Positions 52,390 through 64,000 of a stretch of DNA of 64,000 bases are shown here, piece after piece. The notes below the pieces were generated by a model, which searched no databases, had not been told where the DNA came from, and saw only the letters and a program-made list of their open reading frames with translations. Numbering within the stretch: the stretch's first letter is position 1; every line of letters begins with the position of its first letter. A program made the translations under genes and the position numbers. Source of the DNA: Octopus bimaculoides (taxonomy: Eukaryota); contig NC_068983.1 of the NCBI RefSeq assembly GCF_001194135.2, forward strand, positions 82,838,786 through 82,902,785, in the 5' to 3' direction.

Positions 52390-52744
52390 CTTTTCTACTC
52401 TAGATACAAGTTCGAAATTTTCGGGGAGGGAGCCAGTCGATTAGATCGACCTCAGTACGCAGATGGTACTTAATTCATCGACCCCGAAAGGATGAAAGGC
52501 AAAGTGGACCTCGGCGGAATTTGAACTCAGAACGTAAAGACAGACGAAACACCGCTAAGCGTTTCGCCTGGCGTGCGGTATTTCGTCTGTCTTTACGTTC
52601 TGAGTTCAAATTCCCCCGAGGTCGACTTTGCCTTTCACCCTTTCGGGGTCGATGAATTAAGTACCAGTTGCGTATTGTGTCAATCTACTCGACTCCCCCC
52701 CCCCGTCCACAAACATTTCGGGCCATGTGCCTAAAGTAGAAAAG
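52390..52744. mobile_element. Fold-back pair of family-1 SINE halves
   Basis: 52390-52555 antisense and 52575-52744 sense arms, 19-nt loop. Confidence 0.88.
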
Positions 52745-52761
52745 AGACTGGTGTAAATATT

Positions 52762-53608
52762 CTTTTCTACTGTAAGCACAAGACCAGAAATTTTTGGGGA
52801 GTGGGTCCAGTTGATTAGATCAACTCCAGTACGCATCTGGTACTTAATTTATCGACCCCGAAAGCATGAAAGGCAAAGTCGACCTCGACGGAATTAGAAC
52901 TCAGAACGTAAAGACTGACGAAACACCACTAACCGCTTCACCCAGCATGCCAACGTTTCTTATTTTTGCTCTAGGCACAAGGCCCGAAATTTTTAGGGAG
53001 GGGGCCAGTCGATTAGATCGACCCCAGTACGCAACTGGTACTTAATTTATCAACCCTGAAAGGATGAAAGGCAAAGTCGACTTCGGCGGAATTTGAACTG
53101 AGAACGTAAAGACAGACAAAATACGCTAAGTATGTTGCCCGCCGTGCTAACGTTTGTTATTTCTTTATTAGCCACAAGGGGCTACACACAGAGAGGACAA
53201 ACAAGGACAGACAAAGGGATTAAATCGATTAAACGGACCCTAGTGCGTAACTGGTGCTTAATTTATCTACCCTGAAAGGATGAAAGGCAAAGTCGACCTC
53301 GGCGGAATTTGAACTCAAAACGTAACAGCAGACGAAATGCCGCTAAGCATTTCGATCGACGTGCTAACGTTTCTTACTTCCTTATTGCCCAAAAGAGGCT
53401 AAACATAGAAGGGACAAACAAGGACAGACAAAAGGATTAAGTCGATTACATCAACCCCAGTGCGTAACTGGTACTTAATTTATCAACCCCGAAAAGATGA
53501 AAGGGAAAGTCGACCTCGGCAGAATTTGAACTGAGAACGTAAAGACAAGCGAAATACCGCTAAGTATTTCACCCGCCGTGCTAACGTTTATGCCAGCTCA
53601 CCAGCTTA
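52762..53608 (-). mobile_element. Tandem SINE tetramer (sense order A-A-B-B) flanked by 17-bp TSD
   Basis: Units about 52762-52958, 52959-53155, 53156-53372, 53373-53608; TSD agactggtNtaaatatt at 52745-52761 and 53609-53625. Confidence 0.9.
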
Positions 53609-55229
53609 AGACTGGTTTAAATATTACACGAAAACTGTTATATGTCTGATATTATAGGCGTGCTTGTAATGCCTGATGTGAGGCTCGAAAGAAACATTCG
53701 CTCCACAAATAACATGACGCGAATTAATAATGTGAAAGCTGGATAAATAGATTGAAATCACGTATTATCCTCATTTATCAATATTGGTTGTATGGAAGTT
53801 AGAATCGTCCACGGAGGGGTTTGAAAATCGGAAATACTGAAATAGGAACAAAATATCTCACTGCACCGAATTCAGGTCCTTTTTACACTGGAAATGCTAC
53901 AAAGAATTGCAAGCATAATAACACAAAATCAGTGGTCAATTTGGAAGTTATGTGAGAGACGTCATTGCTTTGGTTGTGATGTATATTATTAGTGTCTCCA
54001 TGTATTCGTTTTACACTTGAATTATGGTTTCAAAAAGAATATGTATCTTTTGTCTGCTGAATGGACGTTTACACCTAGAATAGACGTTAATTAAGAGAAC
54101 CTCGACTATTTATCAATTGTATTCTTCCTTAAGCCATATATACACTCCTACCTAATTTGAGGCTATGTATACTTACCAATACCACGTAGCATAATATAGC
54201 AGCTACTTATACTTAGGCTTCATTTATCTACATACATTGCATTAAGATGTCGACGACTGTCATTATAGATGATAAATTACAGAAGTTACATTTTCCTAGA
54301 CTTGACTATTGTAATCAAACCTTGCTGAAGTTACGGTATAATCTGACAAAGAGAAATCACAACATTATAGCGCTATATAAATTCCTCCTATCTTTTCGAT
54401 TTGTGCGTGTTTCATATATTTATATCTATAAAAGTATGTCTGAAATTATACGAATAGCACATGTAAATACTTACACATACAATTAAATATACATTACTAC
54501 TCTCTGTAGTTTGAAGCATTGTAAAAATACAGCAATATATAGTAATATACACAAATACACATACGCACACACGCTCACACGCGTGCACGCGCAAATACTC
54601 TGTTTCAGTTGACTAAGACTTTGCATTTCACCTACCAATTTATTCGGCACGACTAGATGGATAAGGTTATAAGACCTAACCTTAACATCAACTTTACTAT
54701 GATTTGGACTCTACCCTTGGTATGAAGGTCATTCCATTATATGTATATATATATATATATNNNNNNNNNNNNNNNNNNNNNNNNNNNNNNNNNNNNNNNN
54801 NNNNNNNNNNNNNNNNNNNNNNNNNNNNNNNNNNNNNNNNNNNNNNNNNNNNNNNNNNNNNNNNNNNNNNNNNNNNNNNNNNNNNNNNNNNNNNNNNNNN
54901 NNNNNNNNNNNNNNNNNNNNNNNNNNNNNNNNNNNNNNNNNNNNNNNNNNNNNNNNNNNNNNNNNTATTTATGTACATGTACATGTATATGTACACACAG
55001 GCATGTACACTAACAAAGAGGAATGTACTAAATAAATTTAGTACAGTTAATAATTACATTAGTAATTATTTAAATAGATTTGAATTATTAAAATTCCGCG
55101 TCCCCGCTTCTCTGTTTATCCAAAAGCGATGTCACCAAACTCGGAACAAAATCATACATACATACAAACATACATACATACATACATACATACATACATA
55201 CATACATACATACATAATGTAAACAAACC

Positions 55230-58130
55230 GTCGCTCCCGCTGTGGCTAAATTCGAGTTTGTCTCAAAATTTAGCTGAATTAGTAGCGAAGACTGCGGAAT
55301 ACATCCAAGTGAAAAACATTTTAAAATTACAATTCTCAAAAAATGTTGCTACTCTCTCGAAGCTTTCGTTGAGCAACAGACTATACACAACACGAATCAA
55401 AGATGTTGCTGGAGAGTTCATGGAATCATGTGATGTTAATTACTGGAATATTAATACTCTTATATACACAGCCGCTATTACTCTTAAAGAACACCTGGGT
55501 TAAATCTACAGTAGACAAAGTAACGAAATTACTAAACGGAAACAACCTAGATGGAAAACAATACTTGAAGAAAGCATCAACAACATGCGCCGCCATATTG
55601 GATAGTTAACTACAGCAATAAAATGTAAGGAGAGAATAAGTTTACACCTCACCAACTCTACCTTAGACAAAAATTACTGAAACTTTATGGTAACTCTTCA
55701 CATCGAGCTCTTGAGGGAAAGCTAATCATTTTAAAACATGAACTCAAGACGATGAGCGAGAAACTCCGCTATCGCAAGCGAATTTTTGAGCGAGTCAGTA
55801 TCAATCGCAAGTTTGCTTCCAGCCCACAAGCATTATACAGAGAGATGAGGAAGGAAGATATTACCATTAAGAAAGCTCCCCACTAAGAAGGTCTACAATT
55901 ATTCTGGCCAAAAATTTAGAACGAAAAGAGGGATTTCAACCTGAAAGCATCATGGTTAAATACAATTGTGAGAGAATATTGTATCAACACTAACAGCAAA
56001 ACATACAAAATTTATGCAGAAACCTTCGCTATAGCAGTAGGTAAACTGCAGAATGGGAAGGCACCTGGTAGGGACCTAATAGTTGGATATTGGTACAAGA
56101 AGCTGACATTTTAAAAAAACAATTGATATGTATATTCAAAAGGACTATGGAAGATCAGACTGATATACCACTTTGGCTTGATACAGCAAGAACAATTCTT
56201 GTTGCCAAAAGCGAAATCAGCCGGATGGCAGGAAACTACAGGTCCATTTCTTGCCTAAACATTATGTACAAACTACACACAAATTGCCTCAGCCAATTCC
56301 TCCAGGACCATTGTGAGTCGAACAACATTGTGACTGATGAACAGGCTGGTGGAAAGAAGGGAGTGTGGGGATGTGCCGGACAACTTTTAATAAACAAAGT
56401 TGTAATGTCTGAAGTAAGAAAACAACGCAGAATCCTTGTGACAGTATGATTTGACTATAAGAAGGCATTCAGCTCTGTCCCTCATTCATGGTTGTTGAAG
56501 TACCTACATCTGGAAAAGGTACCTACTACCTTAATTGCTGCTATAGAAATACTTACAAAGACATGAACCACTGTTCTTACCCTTATAAATGAAAAGAGAA
56601 TAATTGTTTCTAATAGTGTAGGCATTACAAAGGGAATATTCCAGGGAGGTAGTCTTTCTGTACTTCTTTTCATTTTGGCACTGAATCCCTTATCGTTCCT
56701 ACTGCAGAAAACAAATGGTTACATGCTAGGATTTTCAACTGCCAGAAATATCTATGAAACTCATAATTTCTTTGTAGATGACCTGAAAATTTGTGCTAAA
56801 AGTGTTAATATTGTCCAAAAAACAACTGGAATTAATAATAAAATTTTCAGCTGATATAGGCATGGAATTTGGCCAAAAGAAATGTTCACATTTGGTTATA
56901 GAATGAGGATAGTCAGTCCTCCAAGCCCAAAACCTGTGCATCAATGGTCTCTCTATTTCCCCCATTCCACACAAAGAACGTTACAAGTACCTAGGAATAG
57001 ACGAAATGATCATATGAAGGCACTGTGAATAAAGATACAGTGACCCGAGAATGTTACACCAGACTAAGGAAAATATGGCAGTCAGAACTCTCCTCTTACA
57101 ATAAAACAATATCCCACAATGCATTTGCAGTACCAGTGCTGATCCCAACATTTGGGATACTTGATTGGTCTGTAGAGGAAATCCACTCCATAAATATCAA
57201 AACCCGCAAAATTCTGACAACAGCTGGGAACTTCCATAGAAACAGTGATGTTAACAGACACTACATAAGAAGAAATGAAGGTGGTAGAGGCCTGAGATCA
57301 GTGCAGACGGCTTTCGAATGCCGTATGATATGCCAGACAACAGCAGCAAAAATAAATATATTCTTTTCTACTCTAGGCACAAGACCCGAAATTTTGGGGG
57401 AGGGGGCCAGTCGATTAGATCGACCCCAGCAAGTAACTGGTACTTAATTTATCGATCCTGAAAGGATGAAAGGTAAAGTCGACTTCGGCGGAATTTGAAC
57501 TGAGAACATAAAGACAGAAAAATACCGCTAAGTATGTTGCCCGCCGTGCTAACGTTTGTTATTTCTTTATTACCCACAAGGGGCTAAACATAGAGGAGAC
57601 AAACAAGGACAGGCAAAAGGATTAAGTTGATTACATCCACCCCAGTGCGTAACTGGTACTTAATTTATCTACCCTGAAAGGATGAAACGCAAAGTCGACC
57701 TTGGCGGAATTTGAACTCAGAACGTAATGGCAGATGAAATACCGCTAAGCATTTCACCCGGCGTGCTAACGTTTCTGCCAGCTCACCGCCTTAGCAAAAA
57801 TAAATATATTAATGCAGTCCTGGAAAGGGAAGTGAGCAACAATGTACAAGTTGGCAGTGAATTCCTCAAGAAACATTCTCTTCCTGATGATCTCTTATAC
57901 AGCCCCAAAACAGCTGGGTTCTCTTACCTCAGAGAAGACCTGGATGGAAAGCACTCAGCATACAAAAGGAAAAGACTATGCGTGGGTATGTTGTCCGGAA
58001 ACCTGAAGAAGACAGTAGAAGTGACACGAAGCGCGGCCTCTCTTGGACACAAGGCCACTACATCACATCACACTTTGAAGGCTATGCGTTTGCAATCCAG
58101 GAACAGGATTGTCGTCACACGTGGGTTGTT
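55230..58130 (+). mobile_element. Long decayed R4/Dong-clade element (N-terminus, RT, thumb), interrupted by a SINE dimer, 3'-truncated at (TG)n
   Basis: QNGKAPGRD, NYRSISCLNIMYK, EQAGGKKGVWGCAGQLLINK, DYKKAFSSVPH, GIFQGGSLS, FFVDDLK, KYLGIDE, RNEGGRGL, SHFEGYAFAIQEQ; many stops and frameshifts. Confidence 0.93.
57363..57792 (-). mobile_element. SINE dimer (A-B) inserted into the LINE with perfect 18-bp TSD
   Basis: TSD agcaaaaataaatatatt at 57345-57362 and 57793-57810; LINE coding similarity resumes after it. Confidence 0.93.
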
Positions 58131-58168
58131 GATTTGCGTGTGTGTGTGTGTGTGTGTGTGTGCGTGCG

Positions 58169-58213
<45 letters not shown>

Positions 58214-58599
58214 TGGAAACCTCTTGTTGAACAAGTCTGACCCTGGTGTAAATAACAATGACAATAATTAATGTGTTAGATAGGAACGATCTGGGATTAA
58301 ACAAGACTAACAACCACATCTGTACAAATAAATTAACGATACCAATAACTAAACAACTCCCAGTGTCCACCAAAACTATGCCACCAACGTTTATCATGGT
58401 TTCTTACTTTGTTACATGGTCTTACGCTTATAGGAAATGGGCTATTTGAGTGAATGCTGTTAACACTTTCCTAAAATGTATATGCTATTCAAATGAAGAG
58501 AAATATCAACTACAAGGATTGTAATAAAGCAGCCAGTGTGAGTCCTCAGAGACTTCTTTTCTACCGTAATAACGATTATCATTACCAAGAAAAATATTA

Positions 58600-59205
58600 A
58601 CACACCCACTCTATACTATCTTCAGAGAAACGGCCACCACTAACACCAACATCCGCACACACATTTACTCCTACCTCCACAATAAGTACCGTTATCGTCA
58701 ATACTATCGTCAATACTACTTCAGTGTTTCTACCACCACTAACACCAAAAACCCATACTGCCCTCATTGATGCAACCACCAGTGAAACTATCACACCACA
58801 CAACCTCCATTTTATACTACTTCAATACCATCACTATAGTGATGGTATTGAAGTACTTTGCTTGTACTACCACTACTACCACTACATTTACACTATTTTC
58901 ACTGACATTTCCACCACTGCATCTTCTAAACCCACTGGGTTATCTTCACAGACACTGTCAGTGCCATATATCAACGCCATACTATCTTCACTGATATTCA
59001 CATGATAAATGTCACAGCTACACTGTCTTCACTAAAGCTAGTACTACCATAACATTACTTTCACTGACACTACTACCATAACATTACTTTCACTGACACT
59101 ACTACCAACAACATACATCTACGCTGGTTTCACTGATACCAACACCATAAATATCAGCATCATCACTACTACACTATCTTCACTGACACTACCACCTTCA
59201 ACACC

Positions 59206-59250
<45 letters not shown>

Positions 59251-59460
59251 ATATCACTATTACACTACTCAATAACACTACTCGCACTATCTTTATTGAA
59301 TGTAATTACCACCACTGACATTGTCACCCTGCTACCTCCACTGACAGTAATACTACAAATATCACAATTTTCAATATCTTCGCCGACACTTCTGTAATTA
59401 CCACCGCTGAAACTACTTTCATTAACAATACCCACTTACATTTCACCGATATTTCCAGCA
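58600..59460. repeat. ACT/ACC-rich degenerate minisatellite with a perfect 29-bp tandem duplication
   Basis: Recurrent actatcttcactga-like motif (58615, 58981, 59173, 59287); tactaccataacattactttcactgacac x2 at 59042-59099. Confidence 0.8.
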
Positions 59461-60815
59461 CCATTTCTACTGCCCGCAACCTAATCCTGTACTGCCCTGT
59501 TCCTTTCTTTCCGCTGTGTCTGGCATAACACATAAATTATAGGTAAATTATCTTTCGTTCGCAACCAATGTAGGAAAGAATCATTCAATCAAGTCTTAAA
59601 TACAGAGTCTTAAATATAAACTTTTCATTACCTCTTCTTTCCCCCACTCATGTGGAGACGAGAACGGATACTAAACCGTTGCCAATCTACATCCAAATCT
59701 ATTGGGATTTAGCAGTGAAGTATTAGATTTCGCCGAGGTACCACAGAGCTGCTTGCCTCAGTGGGTGTGTCATGTATAATGATCACATACTATGATCAAA
59801 TTGTGCTAAACAAGATTGGGTTTTCATTGACAAGTAACTTATGTGTCTTACAATACATGTCTAGATTCAAGACTCTGACAAGGCTGAATTAGCCTCTCAC
59901 TTTTCTCTCAGTAATTTGTGGCAATAAAGCAAAAGCAAATAACAAAATGGAGGAAAAAATAAAATACAGCCAACAGATGTAGATCGGCCTTGGGATAAGA
60001 ACATATGGATGCGTTTGTTGGGCTCAATTGTTTTGTATGTTCTAGAACGAGGATAATAGTGTATTCAGATACATAGTATGTGATGAGGTAGCAGAAATGA
60101 CTTGCAGGTTTTAGCTTCATTCCAGTACGTTCTGCATACATACTTCTGTAGTAAACAAGTTCACAGTAAGGCTTATAAGATGATCGAATCCATGACAGTA
60201 TTTAAGCAATATGCGTGAATGTGTCTATGTGTGTATGTGTGTATTTGCATGTGCATTTGTGTTTGCATGTGTGTGCGTAAATGCTTCTAAGTGTGTTTGC
60301 ATATGTGCGTATGTGTATGTGTTTGTGTGTACAGACACATGATACGTAGGCAAGCTTTCATTTATCGAAGTCTGCAGACAGAGTTTCAAGATTAAGCATA
60401 ATCAATGGTACACATAAATGGAGAGAAATGAGCGCTATGGGTCCTTTAGTGAGTTATATAGAATATTCCTTTCAGTATTACGTGTGGTTATGATTGCTCG
60501 ATACATCACTACTGTACAGAGACACGAACTTACAAGGGAGATTTCAGCAGCTGCAAGTTTGTTGTTGAAGTAGGAGCTATCTAGGTTATGGTACGAAATC
60601 GGGGGGTAATATTATTCAGTCAATTGTAACTGACTTTATCACTATATGAGTGTTGAAAGATCTGTGATATTTATACATAGTTACGAAATGTGAGATATGA
60701 ACAAAAGATATGACGTTCCTGGTTATATTGTTGACTACATTTATGTTACATCGAATATATACTCTCGTCCCTATTCACATAAATGCGGATATATATACGT
60801 GTGTGTGTGTGTTGT

Positions 60816-60866
<51 letters not shown>

Positions 60867-62573
60867 TATGTATATATATATATGTGTTTGTGTGTGAGTG
60901 TATGTCTGTGTGTCTGTGTATGTATACACATGTACGCACACGTTATTTACGGTAAGTTGAAATATCACAGACTTCTGTTTACACTTATGTTTCATACTTA
61001 TTTGACTAGCTACCTTCTTATTCAAGCAATCTCAACCAAGATGAGTTTCATAATGAATGTTGTGCCAGGAAACTAACTCTGTCATCCATCAGCTTTGGTA
61101 GATAACCGATTTTTCTTTCTTTTAGCTATGCGATTTTGATAAAGTAACTTAGTTTCTAGAATGACATTGTAGGGTTGGTGTAAGAAACCTGATCTGGCCA
61201 GTTTAACAGTAAAACAGGCAGAATATTTTGGCCAGTTTAAACAGAACATAACATTAAGACACATAAAATACTGCTGTTTCAACACCTACAGAATGCAGGA
61301 CATCTGAGCTGACCAGGTTGAGCTACAGGTTGACTGACCCGCCTCGTTGTGCTGAACCCATTCTGGTTTGTTTTGACAAGACAAAAAGGTTTTAGGTTGC
61401 GAAAGAGAAAAGGCGAGTTGTAATACACAAGGTTTTCTCGCAAGAGCAGCAAGCCACAAATTCTGCTCAATGAAAGTTTAGCCCTATATCTTGGTACCAT
61501 GAGCATTGCATTAAATTAAACTGCAGGCAAATATTTGCGTAGAATCTTTCCTCTTGTATTAGACCACTTTTCTAATAGACCTAACGTATCCCCAAATATA
61601 ACATTTTCATTTATCTCTTTGATGTCTATTGCAGAGATCGTTTTGTTGGACCCAGTCAGTCTCCAGTCGAGTTATACATAAAACTTTAACCTTTGCTGTA
61701 ACCAAATTCCACAACCTATCAGAGTCGCTCGCCATTTTTCATGACCAATCACAAAGGTCGTGCAAAAATTATAAGCACTGCCTTATTTGCTTCTTCTTAC
61801 TAAGCCATAAAATAAAGAGACAAAGAAAAACTGAAATTAACACATAAGCAATTCTAGACAGCACATTACGATGTAAATGATTTATTTCACTGAACCTTAC
61901 CCTGGAAATACTGTAATATGATGGTATAGATAATGTATAAGTAAGCTTACCATTTTATTAGGGCTGAGTTGATATGCTCTGAAGGCACCAATGGGCACGA
62001 CATTTCATTCTCTTGCCCTAGTTCGTCTAACTATAGACTTTGTGTACTAGATACTGTAGAAATGTTACCTGTGTTGTTCGGATCTCATATTTCATTCACA
62101 TAAAACCACAGAACACTATAAAGCTAAGAATGATATTTATGAGCCATTGAGACGTTTATGGTTTTTCCCAATTACCGTGAAATCACCCCAAACGGGAATC
62201 TGAGTGTGCTTATGGGAATATAGCAATAAATATATAAATAAGTAATAAATGAATATACTGTTTGTGGTGAGGGGGATTTGGTAATTTACACACCAGTAAA
62301 TTTCTTGAATACAATATTTCTTCATATACCTAGAGCATTATTTCAAATTTATTCCTTCAGCTCAATACACATACGTAAATACATGGACACGTACATGAAA
62401 GTATGTGCCAGAAAAAGGATGAGAAGGGTAGAAGACAAAAAGGAAATGCGTTCCCAATAGCGTAATAGCATACTTACTTAAAAATTTTAACACCTAATAA
62501 AAGTAGAGAAAGATAAAATAACCACAAAACATTAATAACATGGATGAAGAAGCACATACAAAACAAAACAGCC

Positions 62574-62678
<105 letters not shown>

Positions 62679-63955
62679 ACACACACCACGCACTCATACA
62701 CACACATGATCAATGCAGATAACTAAACACTGATTGATATTTTCTGGCACAGAGCATTACTAATCAAATATCTTTTGAAGAAAAGCAAAAATAATCAATG
62801 CAGAACTGTGTAACTAAGTTAACTCTGTTTTCATCAAAGATTTCATTCAATCAAAGCGAACAAATTTTGCTTAAATTTCAGACCAGACTCCTAGCAAGAT
62901 CACACTAACCCATGCCAGTTATCACCACCACACACTGCTATCAGGCATTACTAATCCAACTGATTAGTTGAAATTTCTTCAGTTCTATCACGAAATCTAA
63001 TCAGCTTCTTATGTGATTGCTATAATTTTGCTGTTTTTTTTCCTGTTTTTCTTCTATTTTTGTTTTGTTTGTTTCGTATTTTAATATTCTTTTTTTTTTT
63101 AAATTTGTGTTATTGTTATTTCCGGAGCAGGTTACGACTTGTGTGTAAGACACGTCTTTAGTATCATTATAGCTAAAGAGTGATGATTTTCCTATACAAT
63201 CAATATGCTACAAAGGTACACAGAAGATAAGTGATAACAGGATGACTTGATGCTTTATACAAACTAAAAAAGATTATACAAATGATAGGCCACGAGGGAG
63301 AGAAAGAAAGAGGAAGAAGAAAAGAAAGAGAGAGAAAGCCTATTTGAGTTGGCATTGGTTTTGATGACGTTTATGCCATCTGCTTATTAATCATGTCACA
63401 AGAGCAGGAACAAAGACTTAATCTTTATATACTCTACCTCAATCCATTCATCATGTCAAAACCAATTTGTTTCTAAGCTAAATCAACATCGTACTATAGA
63501 AGCAATAGTAGGTAGGTATCCAACATTCGCTCTGATTGCCGTGTTAACTGAATCCAGAAATAGTAATCTAGTCTATATGCAATGTAGTATTGAATAACGA
63601 CAGTCTTTGTCATTGACACTTGCGAATCAGGGAAGAGAAGCAGACCATCCATCATATCAGTTCGATCAGCTTCAAAACTTGACCCAATGTATACTCTGAT
63701 ACTCTGTATAAAACTTCGTGTCAATCAAATATCATTAATTATAATAAATTACTCATTCGAAATTACCATTACTTAAAATTTAATTCCAAGAATTAATTTC
63801 AATAATAGATTTAGAGAAACAATTTAGTGTATGCTACAATGCTTCTTGGAGCGATAAGGGAACAAGGAACGACGTTTATAATGGAACGAAGTTGCTAATT
63901 CTTTTGAATATCCCCACATAACATTATAATGTGATATATAGATATTTAGAGATAT

Positions 63956-64000
<45 letters not shown>

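Larger units (their letters stand above)
3692..54965. other. Sixteen assembly gaps (N runs) within this span
   Basis: 3692-3742, 5869-6558, 9205-9496, 13831-14673, 17719-18334, 20475-20553, 23373-23983, 25019-25388, 27548-27891, 30201-30329, 33715-34087, 36834-37770, 38910-39405, 49115-49202, 51143-51347, 54761-54965. Confidence 0.97.

Noticed and set aside
52390-53625. CRISPR-like or prokaryotic repeat array
   Set aside because: Units are ~200-bp SINE monomers with no unique spacers and no cas genes.
53690-53705. ctgatgtgaggctcgaaa hammerhead-like string
   Set aside because: A9 missing, 1-nt loop, no stem I.

Overview
Eukaryotic, AT-rich, repeat-dominated DNA with 16 N-gaps, nearly all flanked by microsatellites. 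No prokaryotic genes, rRNA, CRISPR array or intact long ORF was found. The tRNA-derived SINE families and microsatellite load resemble an octopus (coleoid cephalopod) short-read assembly; this is inference from repeat recognition, not a database hit. Supported content: about 15 tRNA-type SINE copies, including a TSD-flanked dimer and tetramer and fold-back pairs; eight decayed R4/Dong-type (RLE) non-LTR retrotransposon pieces, mostly ending in (TAA)n; an RTE 3' fragment; a Penelope-like remnant; an internally deleted mariner; a hAT MITE; and a 967-bp element with near-perfect 69-bp TIRs, (TG)T...ACA-type ends and a 5-bp TSD. Best leads: (1) a minimal type-I hammerhead fold with a compensatory G3-C8 core swap in a dispersed repeat (7617-7665, minus); (2) the Ginger-like TIR element; (3) SINE multimers with a shared junction and a 17-18 bp AATAT-start TSD. 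A host gene may be present as small plus-strand exons, but I could not identify it.
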